This document shows positions 1-11,600 of a stretch of DNA of 64,000 nucleotides, one piece after another. The notes under the pieces were generated by a model. It was not told where the DNA came from, did no database searches, and saw only the letters and a list, made by a program, of their open reading frames with translations. The first letter of the stretch is position 1; the number at the start of each line of letters is the position of its first letter. The position numbers were made by a program, and so were the translations under genes. Origin of the DNA: Balanoglossus misakiensis (Eukaryota; Animalia; Hemichordata); assembly GCA_040954595.2 (NCBI GenBank), contig CM082584.2, positions 9,381,061 through 9,445,060 of the forward strand. Direction: 5' to 3'.

Positions 1-457
1 AGACAAAAAACACTGTTGACAAAAAGCCCAGTGGGGGTTACAAAGCGTTACACGAAAAATTCAATAAAATGACTGTACTGAAAGAAAGGCCAAAATTAAA
101 TGATTTCACACGCCGGCCAGATATTGAATTATCTTTGAAGAAACGGAATTAGTATCCTAAAATATTCCCTCAAATATTATTTTAATCTAACTTTTAAAAA
201 TGCTTTCCCATTGAATCACACAGGTGGTTTTCAGTCAACTTTATATAGGATAATTATGATTAAATTTGAACTTATTTACGATTAAAGTTATCTTCATTAC
301 GATTGTTGAACTTATACAGGCAGCAAAAGATTACACAGATAAGTATCAAAGACTGTGGAGATATTTTTTTATAAAATTTCATCGTCTAAAATTCGATAGG
401 CGCTTGTGGGGCTTCGTTCGTGACAAACACGAGCAACTTAGGGTGTCGGTATGCAAT

Positions 458-1653
458 ATGGCGGAACTGGTGAACAGTGTTGTGCTTCCGGGTGATATCT
501 TGACAGAACTCAGTGAGGCTAGGAAAGAAACTAAATTACGACTGGGCCCAGGCTTGCGACTAGATGCAGAAGATGTCGTAGTTTGCAAATGTGGCATTTT
601 GAGAAGGAAGGAACAAAATGTGTATTGGGTTGACACGCATCAAAAACGGGTAAGCAGTACTCTAACATGTACAAGGAAACACGTGTATCATACATCGTGT
701 AGCAAACTACTGCACACTACTCTTCGCCCACCCCCTTCATTTATTGCTATTAGTGAATCTGCAAATGTTCATGTTTTTTGCAGTATGTTCCTGTCAAAGG
801 TGAGAATGTACTTGGCATTGTGACCAGCAAGGCAGGTGACATTTTCAAGGTTGACGTGGGAAGCAATGAGCTGGCTACTCTCTCATATCTAGCCTTTGAA
901 GGTGCAACAAAGAAAAATAGGCCAAATGTACAGGTAAGGCACTAGCAATTGTGCTCTGCAGTCAATACATGTCTGATTACACACATCACTGAGTCAAGGC
1001 AAACTCACTGTGTGACACAAGAAAAGTATAATCCCCATTGTATGTACTAGTACAACGTGGAACCTAAAACATATCACTGACGTCGACATTTCTTTATGAC
1101 TTTTGTGGCAGATAGGAGACTTGGTGTATGCTAAATTCCTTGTGGCCAACAAAGACATGGAACCAGAGCTGGTGTGTATAGACGGTGCCGGGAGAAGCAA
1201 TGGTCTTGGTGTCATATCCGGAGGCGGCTTAGTTTTCCAGTGTCCACTTGGCTTAGTCAGAAAGTAAGTGACCCACTTTTTGAGATTTTTTTTGATTAAT
1301 TTATTTTGTCCTGATAGGTCAGTCATGTTGCTCACCAAAATACACTGGATGATCTGTTGTCTCAGTTCAACCCCAGTATATGGGTAAAACTCTAAAATCT
1401 CTCCAGTCACATTTTCTCTCTCTCTCCCTCCCCTCACAGAATACTGTCTCCAGAGTGCCAGCTACTGAAGTTACTCGGCAAACACATGCCCTTTGAAATT
1501 GTTGCAGGACTGAATGGCCGAGTCTGGGTGAAAGCGAGGACTATAGACCACACGATTGCCATTTGTAATGCGATATCCATTGCAGAGTATATGAGTGACG
1601 AGCAGATCAAAGTGATGGTTAACAGGCTCATCAGTGTCGTAGGCTGGAGTTAA
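458..1653 (+). CDS. EXOSC3: Exosome complex component RRP40, 4 coding exons (458-649, 784-933, 1112-1263, 1440-1653)
   Basis: Spliced translation [29 protein letters not shown]|[32 protein letters not shown]|[22 protein letters not shown]..|..[15 protein letters not shown] matches the RRP40 S1/KH motifs. All introns are GT-AG and the frame is continuous. Confidence 0.95.
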
Positions 1654-2564
1654 TATAATAACAATGGTAATGGTTTTTAAACTTGGTGAACGTTTTGACC
1701 ATCATGTGTGGATCCACAGGCACTGAATACTGGTTCTGAAAGGTCTGGATGAAGAGGCAACAGAATGGGAAGAAACAGCACTGGACAGAGAATAGAATCT
1801 AGTAATGATGGTTCTGTTCATAACTGTAACCTGTTTGCTGACACGAGTACAGCATATAAAACCAGATTTGCTAAATGTTCCTTTTAAGCAAAAGATTAAG
1901 AGTTTTGCAATAAAATGCATAAAGGTCTGTGTACATGTAAAAACATACAAAAATAAATGTACAACTTTACAATAATAAAAAACACTTGAGCTGTATTTAA
2001 ATGCCAAAAGAACAAACATTATTGAACATACCCTCACTCCGAAAACAAACCCGTGCACATTGTGTTTGCCTATATAGCTTTAGCTGTATAGGCCACCAAT
2101 GGGCAGCCCGACGTCATTTTAATGCCCTTTCTTCTGGTATAGCCACGACTCGACGGTCGCCACGCCCTGTGTAGACAAGCCTGGGCGAAACAGCGTAATA
2201 TTTCGCCGAAATCTGTAACCCGGTGATCCAATTTCCACGATCTTTTGGACATTGTATGTGTTCCGGAAGATTGAAATATATATGGTTAAAACATACTAAA
2301 AGTGGGACTTTATTGGTACTTTATCATGAACCAAGGATAACCGATATGTGAAGTGCCATTTTGTGAAAATTACAGAACGATTAATATGTAACATAGGCCT
2401 ATAGGGCCTAAGTTATTACGATCGTATTAATCACCATGGCGATGTGAGTTCTTAGGGCGGCTGAATTCCTAAAGCACACCTCCTACTATAAATACAGGGA
2501 AACTCCCTTTATACCATTGTATGAGGCAGGCTTTCATTGGACTCGTTTCCCTGCAAAGAGAACG

Positions 2565-2578
2565 GTAACTATGGCGAC
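2565..2578. promoter_or_regulatory. RFX X-box-like motif upstream of the small secreted peptide gene
   Basis: GTAACTATGGCGAC (reverse complement GTCGCCATAGTTAC) versus the X-box consensus GTNRCCATRGYAAC. Similar motifs lie at 2430-2443, 3616-3629 and 3981-3994. Confidence 0.45.
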
Positions 2579-2756
2579 GCAAAATACGGCACTTGGCGTT
2601 TTTAATTTAAAAAAATAAGATACAACATGTAGCCGGAACGACCTACGGGGAACAGGAAATTGGCAACGATTCCAGTACCGAGAGTACATGTTGAAATTAG
2701 CGTAGTGTTGAAGTCAGTGTTCGTCTTTTCGGGACACCGACCACGGACGGGTTGAG

Positions 2757-3569
2757 ATGCACCATCCTGTCGGTTTGGCAATTTCGCTTCTCGTGTTGTC
2801 TGTCGTGGTCCTGAGTGGCGCGACCACGCCTACTGGTGGTGGAGAAACAGGTGATGTTAAGGTGAGTCGAGAAATCGTTAGCTTTGTAAATTAAACCCAT
2901 CGTCTGCAGCTGTTACGCCAGTCAAACTGGAAAAAACACACAAAAGACTAACTCTTTTCTTTCTTGTTTCATTCAGAATGAGCCGGACTACCCTTCGCGA
3001 GATGAGCACGATGAGATGTCAATCGAGGTTGCTCACAATTACATCACAGAATGGCACGGAAAATCAGGTACAAGCGGCCACTGAATCGTAACATCCTGAA
3101 CATTGTAAATCGCTTTTTGTGACCACTATGAAATTTATATATATTACACGAAGTCTAATTAATATCCGTTGACTCCACCCGGTAGCCGTTTGACAATTAT
3201 ACTTTACGTGTGACGTTTCTGCCGGTAAACTTTTTCCTGCGTGGGTGTAATTTGTTGGTAACCATTCGAGTGAAATTAATTCTTGAGATTATGAACCATG
3301 CGTTACCTGTCTTCTTGTTGACGCTTTCCAGCAAATTGTGGGAAAGTCCTGCTTGCAGAGTGCTTTCTGTATCCTAATCGCTTTATTAATATTGACACAA
3401 GGTTTTAATGGCGAGTATACTATAATCTATTATTACGGTGCATCCAAATTCCTTTTTTTTTCATTTTCCAGTTTTCCTCGATGTAAACTCAGCTCGGAAT
3501 TTTCTTCGGTCACTTCGGCAGTCTCTAAGAGAAGAATATTTCAGAAAACTCTCCCATCGACCTGTCTGA
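2757..3569 (+). CDS. Putative small secreted peptide precursor (97 aa), 3 exons (2757-2861, 2977-3067, 3472-3569); not in the ORF track
   Basis: MHHPVGLAISLLVLSVVVLSGATTPTGGGETGDVK|NEPDYPSRDEHDEMSIEVAHNYITEWHGKS|VFLDVNSARNFLRSLRQSLREEYFRKLSHRPV*. It has a hydrophobic signal peptide, donors AG|gtgagt and AG|gtacaa, long polypyrimidine acceptors, consistent phases (0 then 1), TATAAATA at ~2486 and AATAAA at 4102. Confidence 0.65.
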
Positions 3570-4101
3570 GTATTTCGTCGCGTACAGGAAACGCAACTGG
3601 AGACATGTCTATTACTTTACCATGGCAACCTGTACATGTTCCGGATTGAAAGGAACATAAGGATGAACCATATTTTTCGACAGTGAAGTTAGCGTTCTGC
3701 TAATGGGCTACTTAGCGGGTCTCCACGGAAACGGTGAATGCCACATTAATTGGGTCTACCTTAACAACGTCGAAAAACATACATTTTAGTAAAAGTCAAC
3801 ATTAGGTCCTATTGTAATTTTTTGACTTAATCGATTTCATATTACTATGGTTTAAAGTACGCACAGATGTTTGGATGCAGGCAAATTAGCTTGTGCACAG
3901 ACTCACTGCAACAAGTCGACGTTCCTGTCTGTGTGTGTGCATTCGATGCCTGCATCGCTGCAACACACAAAAATGGCGCTGTAACCATAGCAAGGTGTAT
4001 TGATTGACGTTTTATTTATCAGTAATATTTACAATATAAATATATATCTTATTTTTTTCTTCCCGTGTAGATGAGTGGTAAGATTGTTTTCTTTGTCACT
4101 G

Positions 4102-4128
4102 AATAAATAAGATGAAAAAGCGTTTATT
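4102..4128. terminator. Convergent polyadenylation signals (peptide gene + / GPCR -)
   Basis: AATAAA on + at 4102-4107 and TTTATT (AATAAA on -) at 4123-4128, in AT-rich sequence between the two stop codons. Confidence 0.45.
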
Positions 4129-4556
4129 ACATTATTTTTCCCGTAGTTATCTCAGGGGTATGCTGAAGCTTCAGCAATGTAAACTCCTGGCCTCAATCCA
4201 ATGCTGCTGGTTCAGGTTGGTCAGTTCCTATAGGACTACCGCTGGCTGCGCTGTTCAATCACATGGATTTAGTTCAGCAGCAGAGTAGAAGTGCTAATGG
4301 CTACAGCACCCGCACAAGACTGAAACGTTTAGACGTTTTCCGAGCAATATTTCATGTATGTTTGAGTGGCATCAGCATGCAGCATGTCACAACGACAGGA
4401 ACCACTTGACTTTTCGGCTGCCATCTCGAAGATGAGGTAAATTTTATAGATGACAGGAGCGACCGCAGCAGTTGAGTATCCTGGGCAGTGATGCGAACAT
4501 TAGTTGAAACAAGTACATCACTCTCTGCCATGAGGTGAAAGGTCACCAGCTGTAAT

Positions 4557-7500
4557 TCACAGAAAGGTGTTATTGATTGGACGTCTTTCTTTGCACAGTT
4601 GCACAAGTCTTCCTTTCCTCTTATATATCACCGACCCATTCCTGTGGATGACAAGAGAACGAAAGCAATCCATGGTCAATGTAGGGATTGTATTTGTTCT
4701 GTATGTCACAATGTCACTGGGAATTGGGCAAAATTCTGAGTTTTTAACACCGTTTTAGCTCCGGTGGTGCATTGATATCTGTCTGAACATCTGCCCGAAT
4801 GTCAGTCCGTCCGTCGGTGTCAGTGATATCTCAAGATAGCCTTCTTTCATCCTTGACGTTTTCGAGTCACCGTTATTCACTTACCGTTGAGTGATGAGAC
4901 TGCCGTTTGGGTGAACTCTCATGCAGCAGAACAACTGTAAAAGCGTCGACTTGAACGCTGCTCTGAACTCCTTATTACACATCCCGTAGATCACAAAATT
5001 GACGGCTGAATTACTGTGTAACAAGATGCGAACTACAGCTCTGAAAAAAATGGCCGGAAAGATCGAGTTGTTATAGAATAAAACTGAGATAGTGTCTAGT
5101 TGTCAAGCCCTCCCCGAACCCCCCTTCCAGGTGTCTTTGAACGCTGCCTAGAAATCCAGCAACTACATGCCAAATGGTAACAATTATTGCGTTAACTGTA
5201 TTGCGCGAGAAATGCTTCAGACGGGTGTGCTGATATTATTATGTTGCGAATGCTACGGGAGGATACATTTTTCTCAATTCTCACCTGATGTAGCGGTTTA
5301 TTTCACAGTGACACGTGAATTCAACGAACAGGAACACCAACATGGGCATCCAGGCAATGACGAAGTAGCCCAGAATCATGGCTATCATCTTTGTCACCTT
5401 CCACTCGCGTTTGAAGCTGTGTCCATCCTCCGTGCTCATCGCCCGGGCCTGTGTCGGGGGAGATACAGAACGTACATATTTAATTTTGCAAATTGTTGCA
5501 ATAAATAGTCTCGATGAATTCGACACTGCTCCAGGGTGCACGGGGAGTAATGAAACGATACTCCATAATTGATTTGTCGACGATAATCGCAGACATGAGA
5601 TATCAACTTTTGAAGCCGTGTACGGCCTGAAGGCTCCGCGCTTTCCGCTAAACGAACTCAATAACCGTCAACGAGGCGGCAGCGGCAGCGGTATTACCTT
5701 GAGGTTGAGTGGGTGCGGATGGATAAGTGAGAGTGAACTGATATAGTCAAATCACTCTGTAAAATATTCAGAGAGTCATCAGAGTGTCACGTTTTCTAGT
5801 ACATTCTAAAACGGCAACATCCTGCTTTTGTCGGCCACGAAAACAAACTTCACCTCGCGATGAAAACCCTAGAAATGTCACTGAGTTAGATCCGTCCTTC
5901 AAAAAAGTTCAGCGGTGACGACAGGTCCCCGGTAAACAAATCACTATTGAAGGATATTGCTTCTCGTAAGGTTTCAGATGTGAGGCAATTAATTGCGTAG
6001 CCGCCTACAGTCACAAAGCCTGTTTAACACATCTTATCGAGCATAGAGAGACGTTTCGTGCTTCCTGTCTAATAAGGCAAGAGCGAGAAAATCTCAGAAA
6101 TGAGATTGCTCGGAGAAAACATCACGAAAGCCCGCAGCATGCAGCCGAACCGTGAATTAAAAAAAAAGATACGGCAAACGTTAACGCGTACAACGTGTTT
6201 CCATGACGAAACCACACAGAGCATGCAAAGATCTGCTGACACTGGGTACAGCTGAGGTCAGATGTAGCAACCACCCTTTTAGCTTCTAATTAGCTTCTGG
6301 AAAGCGAATAAAGCTCTAGCCTGAACCATTCACGTATTTCCGACAGCGTAGACATTCACAGGATCTGCACGTGTTCTTATCTTTTCCTCACGGAGCAGAA
6401 GAATATCGAGCCTGCCGTATTCAGATACTATCGTTCCACAGAGGCATTTTTTTCCGTTTTACAGTTTTGACCTACAAACCATCGTCCATTAAAAGAGTGT
6501 CGGTTCTCATCTTTTCAATCCGAAAAACCCGCTGGCTATGCAAGCCTCATGTATTCATGATAGCCTGGATTAGGAATTATCTGCAAAGGGTCGTAAAAAT
6601 CCCTCGCTGTTTTATTTTATCGCTAGAGTCACGGAACATTCGTTTTTTTCATGCCTCGGAAATCTTCGAATTTTATCTTCATTTAGTAGAATTTACAACC
6701 CCCAAGATGTATACTCTTCTGTTGAAGCGAGTGCACCTGCATGGTGCAGTCATATTGTACTGTACAGCAAGACAGTTTGATGAGTAATTGAAGAAGAAAC
6801 GATGTCGATTGCACGCACCTGCTTCCTGACAATGAACCATATTCTGCCGTATAACGTCATCATTATAATCAACGGGATCAACACCACCATGGCAGTTATC
6901 ATTAGACTGTGCCAAAGCTCGTTGTACATGAGTTCGTACCGACACATGCCATGGAAATTGACTGCAAGAAATTAATAGAAAATTAAACTTTTAATATCAT
7001 ACGAATGCATGTAAGTGGACAATCTTACGCTACACACTATTCACATGTATTTGTGTGTGTGTGTGTGTGTGTGTATGTATATATGTAAGTATGTATGTAT
7101 GTATGTGTTTGTGTGTGTAAGCGAATATATGTATGTAGAACTGATATCTATTTATGTTACATGATAGTTTCTTTCACTGACGGGAAATCTATACTTCTCA
7201 CTCCGTTCAATGTTTAATGGTACATATGCGGATGCAGGTTTTGTCTGAGCACGGAAACAAGAAAAAAACATCTGTCGGTCTCGAGTCAGTCGTACATCCA
7301 TTTCAGGTCGAAAATCAGATAATGTTACAGACGGCAGGAAAGTTGGCTCCACTGAGGTGAAAGGTCAACGCAGAATGAAAACCAACACACAAACGCTAAG
7401 TACCTACCGAGGTCCACGGGTCGAGCGTACTGCGCGAAGGAGTAAACGGCGGACCAGACCCATATAATGGAGATGGCCCCCGCCGTGCGACGGGGTGTGA

Positions 7501-8654
7501 TGCGGTCGTGATAGCGCAACGGGTCGAAGATGGAGATGTAACGCGTGATGGTGATGGCCACCAGCGACCAGGCGGAACAACAGTGGAACACTTCCACACC
7601 ACCGAGTAGAAACAGACACAGGTACCACGCGCCTTAATGAGTAAATAAATAAATAAATAAAAATGTGTGCATTATATAGCAATAAAGAAGCTACCTATCT
7701 ACACGTGCAAAACTTCTAAGGTAACAACAAACTCTATTACCTAGGCATATTATTGTTTTAATAGCAACTAAAAAATAAATCAACATTATGTCAAAATTCA
7801 TCAAAATTCAATACAAAACTACACACTATTGCAGAGATCATAACATTGTCCGAAACAGTCGCAGTGCAATGAGGACGCTGTGTGATGGAAACGATTGACC
7901 AACTCTGTTTCACAAACACGGCGAACAGAGAGCTATTTTAGAATTCCTAATTAGTACAGCGTTGACTGCAAGCATGTCAGTCACGCCCCCAGGCCAGGTA
8001 ATTACACAGCTTCCTGGGGTTCGCTTAACTTCCAATTTCATTTAAAGGCACTATAAATTAGGTTACAACGTTAGGACGTATCGTTAAGTAGAAAAAAAGG
8101 CTTCAGAACTCGCACTGTACAGAAAGCGTTCAGATATTAACAAGATATTAATCATTGGAAAGCCCCACGCTTTCAATTGTCATGAAGACTGCAAAACTCA
8201 ATGACATTGATTTGAATGTCAAAACGCAAAAACAAGCAATTTGCATAAATGTTAATTAGTTTCATAGAATTCAGTAGCGTTTTACAATTTCAGGACTAGA
8301 TAGTTTATTATCACAAAATAGTCCAATCGTGTTTGTTAAAATGGAAAATAATGAGCCAGGCATGCACTTACTCATGGTTTTCTGTATTTGCGGTATCTCC
8401 ATGTGACTGAGGTTGTAAGGAGCGTAGATGAGGCCCATCATTAGATCGGAGACGGCCAAATTCACAATGAAGTAATTGCAGCAGTTCCTCAAGTGGCGGT
8501 ACTTGGCCACACAGGTGATGACCAAAACGTTGCCCATGATCGTAAACAACGTGATGAGAAAGATTGTAGTGTAATAGAAGGCGTAGTACACCAAATCCGA
8601 TGATGTCAGAGGCACGTAGGTCGCATTGGATGGAGAGTCTGATTCTTCGAGCAT
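4557..8654 (-). CDS. Class A (rhodopsin-like) GPCR, adenosine-receptor-like orphan; coding exons ~8372-8654, 7408-7632, 6819-6961, 5285-5448, 4885-5040, 4557-4641
   Basis: TM1 GNVLVI, TM2 NYFIVNLAVSD, C3.25, TM3 ..ITITRY, TM4 W, TM5 VLIPLIIMMTLY, TM6 KREWKVTKM..AWMP, TM7 HSNSAVNFVIY and helix 8 NKEFRAAF. Splice phases are consistent. The last exon is less certain, because reading through the donor gives a TAA at 4881-4883. Confidence 0.9.
7053..7135. repeat. (TG)n/(TATG)n compound microsatellite in a GPCR intron
   Basis: Direct reading: tgtgtgtg...tatgtatgtatg. Confidence 0.85.
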
Positions 8655-11600
8655 TTCTGACGCCTGCAATCAATAAACAGGGTAGATCGATATCATTACG
8701 ATAGGCGAGAGTCCATGAATATTCCTGGCACAGTGAGTTGGGTCTTGACACTTTTCATGCAAAGACACTGTTAAAAATGAAATACCTCACTGTTTACAAA
8801 CTGTGTCAGTTATGAATGGGCACTGAATTACTATGCAGATCTTTATTGAAAACAATCATCATCATCGTCGTAACAACAACAACAACGACTGATGCGATAA
8901 CTACTACCAACTACGTGCAGTCATTAGACCTTTGAAAAGCAGCTGTCAACAGATAAAAATAAACAGCCTTGCCTTGCAAACTGTTTTCTGCTAAGAGGAT
9001 TAAAGAACAGGGTACCTAGCACAATTTCACGCGTCAATGACTTCAAAAACATGTAGTGTGTAGCGATTAATTCAACTCATGTAGATACATGGTGATTGCA
9101 TTGCCCTGTATAGTTCAAATAACAGCCATTTGTTCTCCGACAAGTAGTAAAACACAACTTGCAAGGCGGATCCTGCTGGAGATCCCTTTCAGCCAATCAG
9201 GTGCTTCCTTTTTTGCCCAATCACATTGAAATCGACCGCTAAAATGTAGCAGTTTGTATTTACTATTACGTTCGCTTGATGTCGAATTGCAACATTTTAG
9301 AATTTTTCCGCTCGGTCCCGGTTCTGCTTTAGCGGTTAAAATGAAATACAAAACGTGCCATTGAAGAACAATGCGCATCAAAGTGGCTTCGTTAAATTCA
9401 CTGAGATCTGATATTTATCAAAACTATGAAATAACCCATCAATCAATTGACGATTCTACGAACCGTTTTCCATGGTTTGAGTTATGTTATCACACGTAAA
9501 CAGATTCTATACTATAGTACTTTCTGAACAACATTTGATGAAAGGATGGTAATCTTGCAAAAGAAACGGGAACAATTTCAAAGATTGCGTTAACGAAATC
9601 ATCCCCAACGGATCAGTAAACAGCAGCAAAGTTGGCAAACTGTTCATGAGTTTTAGGAGCATTGACTATCGTGACTGCATCAACGCTTTTGCTGTGGGGG
9701 AAAACAGATAGTTCGCTACGATAATTAGGTGTTTTGCAAACGCTACTAAGTGTACATACCGTTGACTCCGGGTGATATGTCGTGCTATTTGGTTCCATTC
9801 TCTCGGTATGCAGCCAATTCGAGCTGTGTGGACCAAAAGAAACCCAGAGTGTTATTCGTTAAGACGTGTGTGAGATCGCTGAAAGCTGAGATCTGTCAGT
9901 GTTCACTGTCCTGCGCAGAGTGATGATGCGGTAGAGAACGCAGAGAAAGTATGCCACTGAATGACGTCACGGTTTAAACGTTCTGACCTTGGAGATGCGG
10001 AGAGCACGCAGCTTACTGTATTGCAACGCCAAAGTCACCTTGGCAGCGGGCTGCAAAGCGACCGGGAAAATATTTTATATTGTTGGTTATATTTAGAGGC
10101 TCGCACATCAAATTTATTTTCGCCTCGGTTCAATTTTATCACACCGCCGTGAATCGAAGCCTCCCATTGGACAAATAACCTTGAAACGTCATCACATTCT
10201 TTCACTGGTTTAATACCATTTCCGTTACCATACCTTACCAGTCAGACCTCACAATCTGCGACTCACTGTTTATACGGTCGTTTGAGTTGAAGCACAGGTT
10301 TTAGTTGCGAATAGCAAGTTTAAACATATGCTCAGTATTCGCAAAGAACGTCTCGATAGGCAATTCGTGAAATCTGTTGGGATGTGGGAATTCCGAAATC
10401 ATCATCCATCTTTTAAAGTTAGGGATTCTAAATCCGGGGTCACGTGGTACTTTGCTCAAATCATAAGCCTGGTTGTCAAACGTGAACATCCCCGGAGAAA
10501 AGGACACGTCCCCATCCACTCGTCCTAAGCCAAATGAGAATAACATCCAATTACAGTGAAGCGACTCAGCTGGAAACATTGAATATGAGCCCACTTGTGG
10601 CACGCTTCTTTGACGATGTCCGCGTGGCGCGGCGTGTGCACTGTGCACTAGAAATAACTGGAATCCTTCATGCCGTCACAACGGAAATGAACGTCCTGAT
10701 AACGGTTGCAATTAAACGTGTACGACCTTGTCCTCATCTCCACCTTCAACGGGAATATCAATATTAGTGTTCGCGCGCGTCATCGAGACAACTATTGTGC
10801 TTTTCTCCTGCTTTAGAAGAACCTTTTCTCATATCCTTTCTGCAATTTAATTTTGTTCGTGTTATTTCCTCTGTATGTCTGCTAATAGGCGTTCTTCACA
10901 AATGTGAAACATCCCTGCGCATGCGAGTTTCGCTCGAATATATCCTAACTGCCTCGCGCGATCCGTTCGATTTCCGCAAACGGGACGAGCACTCGTCTCC
11001 GTAGAAATTAAATTGCTTTTACAGGAATTTCCTGAGAACGTCTTTGTCCCCGGGGGTCTTGTCTTCTTGTAATGGCACCGACTGGAATGGCACACGCCCA
11101 CGATTCTGATGTCAAACAAGACATGCCTGTCTCAGTGAGTGATGAAAGTGCGATTTAACAGAAAAAATGAAGCCTATTTTAAAGGGGTCGAGTCGTGTCC
11201 AGCTCTGGCTAATAAAATCTGACAGGTGGCTGTATCAATTAAATTTTCATAGCGCAAGCCAATAGCACGTTTTGATCCTTAATGCATGCAACGGTACGCG
11301 TTGACAGCGATCATTAGCAAGGACTATCCGGCCTCTTAACGCGGCCCATGGGAGATCGGAGACCCGCTGATGCGTCACATTAACAAGCAAGCGTCACTGC
11401 AGACGTGATAGCCTATACGTCTATACTATAAGAACGTGCTAACGACAAAAAAATAAGACATACTCAAGCTATAGCCGTTGCAAATGACATTGTTTTCACC
11501 GAAAGTCTACGTCCTCCTTACCTGTAGCATATAATTATCATCCCTGGCCTTCATATCAACTGTGAGCTTTTATTAATTTGAAAAGAGTAGTTCAATATAT

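Noticed and set aside
266-457. N-terminal extension of the EXOSC3 ORF from a TTG start (likewise the GTG extension of NDUFB6 to 58762)
   Set aside because: Artefacts of alternative-start ORF calling; homology begins at the downstream ATG and the extensions overlap promoter sequence.
2068-2093. Short hairpin GCCTATATAGCT-TT-AGCTGTATAGGC downstream of EXOSC3
   Set aside because: A 12-bp stem with a mismatch in low-complexity sequence and no supporting context.
3567-3686. Frame stays open ~38 codons after the peptide gene's TGA (possible selenocysteine or readthrough)
   Set aside because: No SECIS-like element or readthrough context was recognised, and this length is compatible with chance.
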